This document shows positions 50,853-64,000 of a stretch of DNA of 64,000 nucleotides, in pieces (the stretch's first letter is position 1; every line of letters begins with the position of its first letter). The stretch spans positions 702,370-766,369 of the forward strand of contig MU053513.1 in the NCBI GenBank assembly GCA_013239625.1, read 5' to 3'. Source of the stretch: Lama guanicoe. Lineage: Eukaryota. The notes below the pieces were generated by a model that was not told the DNA's origin, did no database searches, and saw nothing but the letters and a program-made list of their open reading frames with translations. The position numbers were made by a program, and so were the translations under genes.

Positions 50853-53800
50853 ATACTTGTAACCTTCTCTACAGTCTACAGTCTACAACTCCATCTAAAA
50901 GTTCTACCCATAGAATTAAAGTCTCCAGAAAAGTAGACTTCATAGTCTTGCCTTGGGATAACACACAGATCTGGATATAACCCCCCTAGGGGTCTATAAT
51001 GCTGCAGGTCTACTTTGGTATTTTTAATTCTCTCCTTTAATAACTTAGTTTTTTCAAAGTTTTCTTCCTGCTGTCACAAAGAGAACTGTGATTTCCCAAT
51101 GACCTTCTCCTTCCCCTCCATACAGATCATCTTTAAACTTTTATATTAAAATATAATCTCCTACAATCTTCTCTTGGAAAAATTTTGAACTTTGATATAT
51201 TTCAGTCTCACTGAATTATAAAGAGTCCCATTTTCCTCCAGCATTTAGATTTTATTAGTTTTTCAAAAAATATTAAATTAACATGCTGAATAATAAAAGA
51301 GTCAATAAGAATTTTTTTTACAAGCTTTGAATATAAATTTAAGGAAAAGATTGTTGAAGAACTGACAGATTGAAGACAGTAATAGTTAATGGATGTATAG
51401 TGCAGGATAAATTACATTCTTTATGGATTTTTGTAGCAAATAATCTTTGAAGACCATTTCCTTTCATCAGGGTAAACCATGAAAAAAATATTATAAAAAC
51501 AAATATAAATGAAGGGGCCAAATAGGACTTTAAACAGTAAATCTCTAGTCAAAGTGTGATGCATAAAAGCATACTTTGTTGCTCTGTGGTTTGAAAGAAC
51601 TGCATGCACTTCACTTGCCCTTGAATTTCTGCACCTCATTTTTAACTGTACTTAGTTTACATTTTACTTACAGAGATTAATCTTCTCTTTTGCTAAGTGC
51701 ATCGGAAATCATGAGCACTAACTATGTAAATGATGCTGGGCAATGTATCCCCCAAGTATGAAATAAAGCTCTAACTAGATAATGCTAATAAATATTAATA
51801 TGTGAAGATAGCAAAGGAATATTAAATGATCAAGCTGCCCCAAATAAGAATAATCGTACACCTAAAGTTCTCAAGGCAACCATTCAGTATTTTCGGGCTC
51901 TACAAACATTAACAGAAGCAGAGCCTTCAGAGAACTCTATGTCCTAAGCTTTATGACTTCAATTGTCATAAGAAGAGGAATGACTGGTAACTATGGCTAA
52001 ACAGGTGAAGAATGGACTCGGTTAGAGCTGGTTAATTATTTCTGATGGATACGGTCTACTTTTCCATCTTTCAATAATCCATTTGTTTCTTAAAAAAACA
52101 AATCAAAACAAAACAAAAAACACTCTAGTCTGCTTCTAAAAAAAAAAACATATTTTGTAGAGTTTGAGTCTCTGGGGAATGTGATTCTACCCTAGCCACA
52201 TTACCCACTTTGGGGGGTCTTCAAATAATTGAATAAAGAATAGCAGAGCAAAGAGAATGGACTGGTGTCGAGAAGAATGTGGAAGTTGTTGTCACCCAGA
52301 GCAGAAGTGAAACCGACCAAGAAAGATTCCACGGGTACCTTATATTTCCATAGGTTCACAGAGCAAAAGATGAAATGAGTAGCAAGTTCCCTAATTCCCT
52401 TGTGCAAGACAGCATCGTAGAGCCAGCCTTATATTTATTTTTCATTGGTTCTGGTATTTGAAGAATATCGTGCCCACCCCATAACAAATAGCTTCAATTC
52501 AAGAGGGCGTTCTTTCCACTGCTCTGCATTGGGGCTGTTGCCAATACGCTGCCATATTGCTATAACGTGGCCTCACTGATGACCGGGTCAGTGAGGTTTT
52601 CTAAGGAAAAATTCTTACCACGCCATAAATGTTGTGTTTCCATGCTGAAAAACGGGAAGAGAGTAGACAGTGGCGACCTTGCTGGGATGCCAGATTGATG
52701 CTTGGGTTCCTCCTGACACCACCCTCTCCCAGACCCCATCTCAGTCCTGTTGAGGAAAACATACAAAACAATACTACTGTATATAGTAGAAGGAGAAAAA
52801 AAGCTCCAAACATTGTTATAAGATGATTTCTCATCCTGCAAGATTTGAGAAGGATGCCTGTCCCCCTGCCACATTAACAGTTACCCCTGTTGTTTGTACT
52901 ATAAACAAGGAAACTGAGCTGGAGATATTAAAAATCAGTATTCTTAATCACAGAACTCCTGTTGCAGAAGTTGCACCCCTTGCTTATGGGGATTACGGAA
53001 AACCAATAATAAGAAAATGACCTGGAAACAATCGCGTAGCCATAGCACGATTGTTACCCTGCTTGCAAAAATCAGAGGAACACACAAAAAGGGAAACAGA
53101 TCATTAGAAGAAGCAGTACAAAGCAAATAGCACAAAGCAAAGAGGCTGTAGATGTGATTTCAAACAATTCAGTGGGTTTCTATACAGTGTGGAGCTTTCA
53201 GCCTCAATAAAAAGGCAATTATTAATCCTGCAATTACCCAGCCTTATCGCACTGCCCACACATGCTGACTGTAGCTAGAGTTTGAGATGATATTCTTTTC
53301 ATTAGTGTGGCCAAAGGGAAATTTAATTAGAGATACATCTCTTGAATGAACAAGGGGAAATATCAGGATTAACAAATTAATCCTAACACTTAATTACATT
53401 AAAATGTTTACCATTCTGCATAGAAAAATATCGACATTCCAGCTAACCTTCTTTTTATCTGTTCCCTCTTATATAACTGTAAAACATTATTTTTGAAGAG
53501 GAAAAAAGGTGAGATTTCCTTCCCGCTGGCCTGTGGACCTTACAGGAAGAAATAATCCACCGCGTTTATCCTGAATCCTATCAGTTTCTGACTACATTCC
53601 GTAAATACAGGCATTTGGAAGAAAACAAACTGATATGCAGGTAACAGAAACCAAACTGTACTGATGGAGAGATAGAAAACTGCGGCTAAATGAATCCAGG
53701 TAAACCTAACATGGAGTAATGAAAAGAAGCCCCGTGGAATATTGAAAGAGAGAGTCATAATTGCATCACAAATCTCCATTATCCAAGCCAGCGATTAAAT

Positions 53801-55654
53801 TCCTATTCCATAAATTGTAAATCTCTGCCTATGTGACTTCCTCCGTTTCTTTTTTCCTACTTTCTCCCTGAACTGTATGTGTGCACAGGTAAGATACTGT
53901 GTGTGCTTTTTGCTGGATTTCTCAGCTGTCTAAAAATAAGGCCCTGCTCTATGGGTTTAGAACACCCACACAAACCTTTCCATGTGTGTGCTGTAACTTC
54001 GCTATTATCGTTATGACATTTAAGCAACAGATGCGTGTTTTTCACTTTGGAAGGCAGACATCTGTTTTTCAGAATTCTCTCCAGAAGCTGGAGTTTTCTT
54101 GCAGGAGTTGATTAAATCAAAGCAGGTCTACCATCTCGCCCCTGACTTTGTGTCCTTCAATCCAAAATATTTTAAGAAACAGAAAAGAGAAACTTATGAA
54201 TAAGCTTACAAGCTTGAAGACTACCCTGACGTTGATTAAATAAATCCATACAATGTGCACTCCAGAGTAATCTATGCTAATGCAATCTACCAGGAAGACG
54301 GAAGTTGAGCTCAGAGCTGTGATGTATGGAGGGTTGCCTGAGGAGCCAGGTAGCTCAGAAATTCAGAAAAATCGCATAATTCCCATGAAAAATAAATTCT
54401 GTCTTTTTATTAAGAAAAATCTAACCTAACATGCATATAATCATTTGTGTCTGGTTCTGGCATGTTGAATGCCACGGTTAGAAGGAGGGAAATTTTTCAT
54501 GAAGTGTGCAGAGGAGGAATTCTTTTTCTGTGAGTTGTTTTGTTTCGGTTTAATTTGGGGAAGGGGCTCTGTTTTGATTTTACTCTGAAAAGTAGACATC
54601 ACTGGGTCCATCAAAGTGTAGTTTGCAAAACGTGAAATTGCAAAGCCCTCAGAACATATCTAGTTCATCTGGAATTCGTAAATATATTAACTCACTATTC
54701 TCCAGGGGGAAAATGGTATGTTTTAGATGAATCTTGGATGTAAATTCTAAACAGGTGGACAGAGCAGCAGGAGGGAGGCATCGGGCTTTCCGCAGGGGGC
54801 CCGCCCCACAGAACTGTAGAAAATGAATCACAGGGATTGCTGGTAAAGGAAATCAGGTTTGCCAAGCCGAATATTTATATACAAAAAGAGCATGAATGCT
54901 CCGTAAATTATAGATCAAGGATTCAAAGCCGTGCGTCTGCAACCACAATCATGCAGGCTCCCTGTAAGCCACTGTCCTTCCCAAGAACCATGCACATATT
55001 TTAATTTCCGTTTTCAAATCTTAGGCTACAGCCTAAGTGTTTCCATGGTGAAAACATTTCTTCCTAGATCCATATTGCGTATGTGCCTGGGAGACAAGTT
55101 CGTTTTTGTGTTTTTTTTTTTTTTAATTGCAAACATTTGTGAGCTTCCTGCTGCTGACACCATTTGTGACACTGGCAGGAACAGAGTTCAAGTAAAGAGG
55201 TGATGAACTTTACACCCCTCTTAGTTAAATAATACAGCAGAAAGCAAAGCAGTTGCTGTGTCAGATTCTAGCAAGGTACAAATTGTCCTGAGAATAAATA
55301 ACGGATGTTATTTTTGGTGGCATGTTCCCAGTGGGGCTGGAGATATTTTTTGTGGAATTTCCATTTATTGCCAGTATTCCAAAAAATGGCAGGCTTTGTT
55401 TTGTTTTGTTTTTCCTAGTTGGCAATGTGCAGGAAGCTTGAGAGTTGTGACTTAAAAAAAGGTGCATTAAAATTTTTTCAAAACCGTTGGCAGTTCAATG
55501 GTTAAATGGCCTTGGCTGACAAGGCTTCTTTAAGTGTGATGAGTTCATAAGTGTCTCCCGGATGTAAATGGGGAAGGACCCTCAGCAATGCTCCCGGGCC
55601 TTCTCACTGCCACTCTGATTGTCCGGGCTGTTTTGCTCTGCATGACAAAGAATA

Positions 55655-55880
55655 TAATGATAATGATGTAATTAAGATTTACTGAGCATTTACTACTTAC
55701 AAGACACTGGATTAAATGTTTTACATTCATTATCTCACTTAATCCTCACTCTGACTCCGGGAGTTAGGTAGCATTATTATCCCCTCTGAAAAATGGATGA
55801 TGAAGCTGTAGTGTGAGGAGGTTAATTAAGTTGTCTGAGATTGCTCCTAATCATTGGTACAGCCAGACTCAAGGCAGACT
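55655..55880 (-). mobile_element. MIR SINE
   Basis: atttactgagcatttactacttacaagacactg...cattatctcacttaatcctcac...gtagcattattatcccc. Confidence 0.9.
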
Positions 55881-56759
55881 TCCTCGACAATAAAGCTGTG
55901 TAAGACCTCGCATTGCAAAGTTTGCCAGCTGGTCCCCAGGCTGATCACTTCAATTTTCACCAATTGTAGTTGTGGAGTATTAGCCTTAAAAGTTACCCTG
56001 AAAACCGTAGTAAACCCACGCTGCTTGACTTAGGTGAACTTACTTTCAGGGACCCCCAAGAAAGATACTCACTGACTTTTCCCCTCCGGCTTTCCCTTGC
56101 TCCAGCAACATCATCAGTGTGACCACCTGGTACTCAGTCCTCAGCCCTCGGTGTCTAACTTCCTGTTTCTTCCTACTAGAGCTTCTCCTCCGGGGAGCCC
56201 AATGAGATGAGCCCTAAAAAGGCATGCACACCGTCTACTCCTGATGGTCCTCACCGAGTTGACAATCTCTCGGTTATCCTTACTTCGCCGAAGTTCAGGG
56301 TTATTGTAAGCCCTTCTCAGCAGAACAGCACTTGAGCAGATCAGCTACCAAGGCCGGAAATCAGGCCACCACTACCCTAGAGGTTCATAGGTGGAAAGTT
56401 AGTTTGTTCTGCCTTCTGATGGCGGAGGGTCACACATAACCTGCCTCTGGACCTCCTTAGAAGACTTCTATCAATTGGTTTGGTGAAAGAGCACAAACAT
56501 TTCTCTCACCACTGGGATGAAGGAGAAGGAGGGACTCAAAACAGCCTTTACAAATACTGTGTCCGCACAAGAATTACGCCTCATTCACATGAAGTCTCAA
56601 AGTGGCTGAACAAACAAACAAAATTCTTAGACCAGATTCTGAAGAATTTACATTGTAAACCTGCATATGGTGATTTGGCAAACAGTTTAGCATGTTTTAT
56701 GTTAGTGCCTGCTAGAAATTTCAGTTTTTATATCCTGTTATAATTGAATCTATATCATT

Positions 56760-57155
56760 GTCTGTATTTACATAGCATGTTTTATTTTTAACTTTGTGCC
56801 AGTTTCCTCAGCTTACTAATTACCTTTCAAGAATTGCTCTTTTCATTTATTTACTATTACCTCTACTTTGTACTGTAATTAATTTAATGTCCCCTCTATT
56901 GTTGCTCATATAAGTTGTCTGCAAATTTTTTAAATATGTAAATGATTTTAATTTTTAAATATTTAAACATACCTCTAATTAAAAGCTAAGGATAGGCCCT
57001 TGGAAGTGTAATGACTGAGTCTGCATGCATGAATTTTAGTGTTTTGAGTACATATTGTCAAACTTGCTTTCTAGTAAGTGGTATGGTAGTACATTTTTTT
57101 TTTCTGCACCAACAGGCATATTGGGTATTATTTTAAAATATGTTTGATAATTTAC
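56760..57155 (-). mobile_element. Ancient LINE-1 (L1ME-like) 3' fragment
   Basis: aatttaatgtcccctctattgttgctcatataagttgtctgcaa...ttggaagtgtaatgactgagtc...tacatattgtcaaacttgctttctag. Confidence 0.6.
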
Positions 57156-59689
57156 TGGATTCAATAAAAAATGAGGGGAATTGCCATGTTTATATTCAGG
57201 CTTTTGCCTTCCTTTTTTATAATTTAAGATTTACAGTACTCAAATTTAACACATAACTTCAAAAAATGTACAATGGCATTAAAAATGCTACTTATTTGTT
57301 TGAATATCATTCTCATATTAAATTATTTTGAATGAATAAAGTAAAATGATAACTAGTGCTTATTAAAATAAAATAACCTATAATTACTTATTTCTTATTA
57401 AAACAAGCATAGAAGGTAAAAATCTCTATGCAAGACAGCAAATATTTCTTATCCCTTTTAAGAAATTTTCTTTTCTTTAAACTGCCCTTGTCCATTTTAT
57501 TTATTTTCTGTATTTTTCTCGAAGTATGCAGAATTCATTTTGCTAGAGTTATTAACGTGTCAGCATTTCTATCCTTTTTGAGAGGTTTGTAAATCAGCCA
57601 TAAAATATGTGATGCCGGCGTAAACTTGGCATATATTCTTAGCCCAGAAGCATCATTTTGTTCACACTTTTTAAATGAAATATTTTGGCTGCTATGAACC
57701 TACAAAGGAGCAAAATCTAAATGTTCTCTGACTCTCTCCGTGTTATGCTATTTTCCTAAAAAGATCTGTTCAACAGAAAGGAATGGAAAATTCAGAGAGA
57801 GTTCAAGATAACGGCTTCAGGGAAGTCATTACCAGTTTGCCCTGTCAAAGTTCCCTGTGTTAATAGCTTCATGTCGACATCAGTGCATCCGTAATAATAG
57901 CTTCAGAACTTGTTTGATTTCCACTTAGGCAGCAATCTAAGGAAAGTGTGGGAACACAGGCAGCGCCCACACTGAGGTATTTATTTACACATTGTAACTA
58001 GTGAAATCCTTTCTCATTTACATTTTTGTAACCAAAGCTCACTGAATACAGCTAATAGAGGCCGACATAGCAGAAGTGGCAACAGAGAACTGAAAAGGAA
58101 CAATGGTACACAGCTCCCTCATGATCTGCTCAGCACCTACTGAGAAGGCTCTGACCAGTGCGCTGGTTCCTGGGGTCAGGGTCGCAGGACGTGGAGACAA
58201 AGGAAAAGAGGGGTTTTATTGTATTCTTGTTTAACACTTTTTCAACTTCAGAAAAAGTCAGGGGCCTGTTTTATTTGATCATCTTAAAATGCAAAAGCAT
58301 TACTCAAATAAATGTAAGAACATTTTTCTTATATTCATTTTTTTCCATAATTGTCTCACATGTAAAGCTTTCATTAAAGTATTAACCATATGATCATTGA
58401 AAAGCAATTACAAAGCATTGAAATATGTGTTTGTCATTCTCTTTTTCTTCCTATTTGAAAAGCAAACACTGCCCAAATGTGAATAACTGAAGAGACATTT
58501 TATAGTTTTAGACATAGCTGATTATCGAAAGTTAACGATAATAAAGTAAATCTGCAGTATTTGTTTGAAAAAAATTCAAATTTGTATCCTCTATATCTTA
58601 CATTTCAAAGGGGAACCTGAGGTTAGTGTAATTAATAATCATTCCCTAAAGGAACTCACTTTCTCAATGAAATATTTAGTGTCATCCAAGGAACTCACCA
58701 AAGGGCTTCTTCAAACAGTTCATTGACCTCACAGAAACTATATATTTCACTTCCAAAGACTGCCAGTTTAGTTTGCCAAGAGTATGCTCCAAGAAATATG
58801 TAATTTTATATTCCTGCTCTAGAAAATGTCTTCCCTATGAAGAATATAGAAAATGAAATCTTTGATGGAGGGTGATACTATCTAAATGCAGGAGAAAAGA
58901 AGTTTTCCGGTGTAAAACACTGCCCATTTCTTTGTACCTTAGAGGACAGGGAAGATATTTCACATCCTCATACAGATGGTTTTTGACTTGTTCTTATCTC
59001 ATAATCAATCAACCACTTCCAAATCACAGAATTCTATTTCCTGACCAAAAATTATTCACTACCAAGATCCCATAGTCAATTCTGTAATATATAATACACT
59101 GAACATAAATCATTTTAGAGGGCCATAATGAAAATAATTCTGCTATTAGATTTAATTCATTGCTGTCATGGTCTATACAATTTCTGACAAAAGAATTTCA
59201 AAATCTGATATCCTATCAAATATGTTTTCCTCTCTCTCCTTATGTCTTCATAACAAAAACACTCAGGTCTACAATAAAAAAAAAATTAACCTGTGTTGCA
59301 TCTGCCTTTAGAGCAGATACCAAGACTCTTTAGTTTACACTGACTACTTTTCTGGGCTTCCAAATGAGAAAATTATATTCAGTGACTTCTGAAGTCAGTT
59401 CAACAACCAAACTTGCTTCATGTCACTGGAGCTCTCTGTCAAAAGTCATCCAGCTGTATGCTCAAAGCTGTGAATTCCACATTAATTTTGAAAATCACTT
59501 TATTTGAATACCGTTCCTCCTTCTTACTATAAATACAAAAGACATAAGCACCTGAGATTTTAAAAAAGCCATCAAAATTACCTACAGTGCTCTACTCATT
59601 TACAATTGCCAACTGATAATTAACCATTAGAATAACCAGGTTTGAGCACAGCCAGTTGAATCTTATCTGGCATTTAACTGAGCATGATA

Positions 59690-59784
59690 TGTGTGTGTGT
59701 GAGTGTGTGTGTGTGTGAGTTGTGTGAGTGTGTGTGAGTGTGTGTGTGAGTTGTGTGTGTGTGTGAGTGTGTGTGTGTGTGTGT
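59690..59784. repeat. Compound (TG)n microsatellite with GAG/GAGT interruptions
   Basis: Directly visible; explains the THTHSH ORF at 59674-59859. Confidence 0.95.
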
Positions 59785-60169
59785 GCTTTCTAGGTGAGTA
59801 CTGTTGTATAGCTGTATACACAGAGACATGCCTAGGTCTGCATTAGTAATCAATTGCACATTGAAAATTAGTTCAATTGTGTCTACAGAGGAAATATGAA
59901 AAAAATTATTTTGAGGTCTCCATCAATGCACAGTGGGGTGGTCACACATGTGTGTGTATGTTCAAATTAACTTCAAACTCAAGTTATTTTTATTGAGATA
60001 ACCCCAGCCTAGGATTCAGTGTAAAAGAGCAGCTCTGTTGCATTCTTTCTCATCTGCCAGCTCTTTTCACCAAAGGAAAGTATTCCCATCCACTTGTTCT
60101 TGTATTTGCCTTAAAACTCATAAATAATGTGCACACATTACCAGGGATTGATTCTGTATTTTGAATATT

Positions 60170-61210
60170 GCTTAATGGTTTGCTATTATTGTAGATACAG
60201 ATTTAATCTGCCTACACTAGTATTTCCATCCAGATTTTTTCCACCTATCATTTTCATGTAACTTTTAGATTAAATAGTTATTTAATGTTCATACTATTTT
60301 GAATACATAAAAATAATATACTGGTGGGTCAAATGACATTAATTTTTCATTCCTATATGATAAGTAGTTTCTCCTGTTATTTAGAATTGCCTTGTTTTTT
60401 GTTTGAACACTCATTTCTGTACTAACCAACTCCTCTATAATTTTCAGTAGCCATTAAAAGTATAATTTTTCATATATTCAGATACCATAAAGAATTTATC
60501 ATCTCAATTTATTTGCAGACCTCTCCTTCTGGAATTCTTACATCTTCCTGCTCCAATATGAATTGGTTACTCCTTTGGTCTACCACACAGCTCTTTTCCT
60601 GGAACTTCTGTTCCCAGCCATCTTTTGCCTAGCTTTCGTGTTGGATCCCAAGTTTCTTTGATCTCCTGTCTCGTCCCTTTTTGTTTAATTTTTGCAATTT
60701 GGTAAATTCCTGATTAAGTGTGTAAGACGGCATTTTTTTCTTGTTTGGTAAATGTCTTTTGTATCATCGCACTGGTTTGTTAATTTCCCCAGTATTGAAT
60801 TCTACGATGAAACTCAGTTTCCCTCGGAATTTGAAATTATTACTCTTCTTGGCTTCTGACTGTCAGTATTTCTTTGGGGAGTCTCCTGACTTTGTATGAG
60901 AACTCTTATTTTTCTACTCTTTGCAGACTTTGAGCTCTTCTCTTAATCGCTTTGGTTATGAAAATTTAATGATGATTGTGCATTTTAATCATCATTGCTT
61001 TACACATCTATTGTAATATTTATTTGATAATTTTCTTCAATATTTTTCTCTTTCTGAAATTTATTAGTTAGATATTTGACCTCCTAAGTCAAATTCCTAA
61101 TCATTTAAAAAGTATAGTTTTCTCCTGCTGTCTATGACCCAGTCTTTTTGTGTTACTCCCTGCAAGGTTTCCTTAATTTTTATCTTTCATTTTTTCCCTT
61201 GAATTAAATT
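60170..61210 (-). mobile_element. Very old LINE-1/HAL1-like fragment
   Basis: T-rich text such as cagtattgaattctacgatgaaactcagtttccctcggaatttgaaattattactc...tggcttctgactgtc. Confidence 0.5.
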
Positions 61211-61574
61211 TGGTATATTTTGTTTCAATGGTAGGAATTGTCTGATGGGAACATCCATGCATTATGATCATGAGCCCCACTAACTCATATCCATCTCCTG
61301 CTATATACTCCCTTCCCTCCTGTTATACTGAAAAGATTGTCTGTGTTTCCACTTTGGGCAACATCATTACTTCATTTATTCATGTTTGTATTCACTATTT
61401 GTGTATATGTTTGTTCAATGAAGAATTATTGTATAGCTATTAGATGCCTATTACCTAACTCTAGTTGGGACAACTGTGGAAAATATATCTGTCTTCATAG
61501 AGTCTTATTTGAGGGGCTGAGAAGACAATAAGCAAACAAATTTTATCCTGGATGATATATTAGAACATTACGAC

Positions 61575-62210
61575 TCCAGTGATTTTCATCTTTCGAAGGA
61601 TTTTGCTTTTGCAACCAATCCCATCATCTCTTGCATTATCAACCTCAGTAGCAACTGTAAAATTTCTAATAGCACATAAACTATTATATATCCCAACTTA
61701 AGAAAAGTTCTTACACTTCCAAGTGCCCTTTTATCTGTTGACACATTTCTCTGCTCCCTTTCAGGACAAAACTCCTAGAATTTGTTGTCTCTATTCACTG
61801 TCATCTCTTTCCCACTTCCTCACTTCTTGTTCACTCCATCACATCATCAAACTGCTATTATCAAGGCCACACTGCTGCCAAGACTGATGGACAATGCTTA
61901 ATCCTACTGTCAACTCAACTTGGCATTAGAAAAAATTGATCACTTTTTCCTTTTTCAGACTCTTCCTTGGACGTTCAGAATACTGTCCTTATCTCCTCCA
62001 ACCCCATCAGCTGTTCCTTCTCAGTTTCCCTTTCTGGCCAAGCCTCTGCACAGTGGCATGGTTATTTATACACACCCTTAGCTTACTACTCTCACCCACT
62101 TCTCTTCACTAGGTGAGCTCATCCAGCTCCATATCTAAATGTCATGTGTATAATGATGAGCTCCAAACCCACATAGCCTGGTGCCTATTTTTGATATCTT
62201 CACTGGGATA
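61575..62210 (+). mobile_element. LINE-2 fragment
   Basis: tttctctgctccctttcaggacaaaactcctagaa...tcaaactgctattatcaaggccac...tcttcactaggtgagctcatccagctcc. Confidence 0.8.
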
Positions 62211-62214
62211 ACAA

Positions 62215-62450
62215 TGAATAATAATAGCTAACAGTAAATGCTGAGCACTTTCCATGAGCCAGAAATGGCTCTAGGAACAGTTAGAACATGAAATACTATG
62301 TTTGATTTCCCAGAAAATGATTTTACAAATGATGAAGTTAAAGCAAAGAGCGCTTAATTCAGTTCCTAACATTATACAGATAATGAGTGATTTAACCAAA
62401 TTTAAACCTAAACAGCCTGGCTCCACCTGCCTATGCTCTTGCCGATACAC
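62215..62450 (-). mobile_element. MIR SINE
   Basis: aataatagctaacagtaaatgctgagcactttccatgagccag...attttacaaatgatgaagttaaagcaaagag. Confidence 0.75.
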
Positions 62451-64000
62451 TCTATTTCTTCTGGCTAATTAACAGTTGGCATTTCAGACTAAATACAGGA
62501 AGATCCTTCATTTTAATCAGATGTGTTTCTGGTAGCAGCCCATGCAATATCTATGTGTGTTTATATGTAAATATACAAACCATATTCAAAGATTATATAG
62601 ATGCATGCTTGGGGCAAAAATGAGGTAGCAGTTGATTTCCAGGAGAGTCAACCAATGTACACTCTCAAAATAATATTTCGCCTATTTCCTGCTTTCAATC
62701 AGCTGAAAATGTGATCACAATAAGCATTAATACTAAGGACTTGGGAGGAAAGAAAATCTAAAGCCGGTGGAAGAAGTTGAAGAAATATTTCTAAATATCA
62801 TGGTAAGAACTTGTCGTACATGTAAATGAATTTGATAACCAAACACAGGTTAACGTACTGCTGAACGAAACTGAAGTTGACAAAAATAAGCTGACAGTAT
62901 TTCTACAGGATAAGTGAACATGCTTCTTGCTTCATGTGACATTTACTATTGATTTCATATAATGTGGAATGATATCATAACCGAAATAGTAATAGACTCC
63001 ATCAATAACTGGAAACAGCACAAATTGAGTACAAGCAACATGAAAAGCGAGAGTCACCAGTTCACGTAGTCAATAAAGATCACAGCTTTCCAGATCATGC
63101 TCGAGGTGCCGTTAACAATCACACTCCCCACTTACAGCAGACAACAGTGTGCAGCTGATGGCTGATGATCGTCTTGGACACAATGTCAGGTCTTCTATGC
63201 ATCTTGGGCCACATATTTGAAATTTCACTGATTGTCAGAATCCTCGATTCAATGCTTGCTCAAAGCAGCTGCTTCTTTTTCCGTTGTTACTGTTGAATAT
63301 ATTGGGAGAAAACAACTGAAGAGCCAATTCCATAGATTTCTTAGGTCGTTTTTGAAATTCAGGTGAATTTATGACACAATGAGCATGAACATAAAGTTTA
63401 TTAGAAGCAATTGTACTATAATAAAAATTGAGCGTGCCTGATGTGGTTATAGCAAACACCTGCCACTCACACAGCCGTCCTTCCGTAAACCCATCTGACT
63501 AACTCTATTTTGCTTTCTGATCGTATCAGGGTAGCTTGAGGCATCACAGTGACTTGAGTGACAGGAGTCCACTATAGCACAGGGTGACGCATACGTTTGT
63601 TTTGTTTATAGGAATCATCCCTCCTTGAAAAATGTAAATTTTTAAATTGCTTTTTATTGAAAAAAAAAGGTGTATAAGGGAACTGTATTGTTGTCTTCAC
63701 TGCTTAAAAAGTCAAAGTTATTATAGTCTCCAGCTTTCATAAAAATTTTACTAACTTTTTAAATTGACTTTTTGGTTTTGTAATGAAAAAGAACATGAAT
63801 TATTTAATAGCTCCAGACAGGTTTGCTTTTTAAAATATATATATATGAAAACCACACAGTACAATGAAAGAGACAATGTACAAGAAAACATGGCACTCAT
63901 CACCTTTATAAGAGGTTAACATCCTTCCATCTGCCGCCACAAAAACAGCCAAAATCATCTTTAAATTTTAAAGTATGTTGGCATGAGGTTTCTTGTATGT

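Noticed and set aside
52240..52352. Short protein-like open stretch (WTGVEKNVEVVVTQSRSETDQERFHG)
   Set aside because: No convincing acceptor or donor, and the peptide is not recognised.
1..64000. Known microRNA hairpins, snRNA/rRNA copies, NUMTs or prokaryote-type systems
   Set aside because: A by-eye check found no convincing matches to sequences I remember. An Rfam/miRBase/BLAST search is needed to exclude them formally.

Overview
AT-rich (roughly 35-40% GC by eye) mammalian non-coding genomic DNA. It is most likely camelid, because a tRNA-Ala(AGC)-derived SINE resembling Vic-1 sits at ~38.65 kb. I recognise no protein-coding gene. The ORF track is essentially noise, and the only ORFs with recognisable content are decayed LINE-1 ORF2 pieces. 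Much of the window is transposon debris: L1, L2, MIR, hAT/Tigger DNA elements, MaLR/ERV1/ERVL LTRs and microsatellites. The best-supported unusual items are (i) a Tigger-type element carrying two nested retro-insertions, one a polyadenylated mRNA 3'UTR-like retrocopy (7.26-8.12 kb), (ii) a near-perfect 53-bp tandem duplication with microhomology (5.55 kb), and (iii) a nested LTR cluster at 36.3-41.8 kb. More speculative is a CpG-enriched unique block at ~16-21.5 kb. It holds a perfect CACGTG-N5-CACGTG (ChoRE-type) element, an HNF4/HNF1/FOXA motif cluster and three candidate minus-strand exons of a possible lncRNA or 5'UTR. Repeat family names come from remembered consensus similarity and boundaries are approximate unless TSDs or TIRs are stated. 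I see no evidence for a novel multi-gene system.
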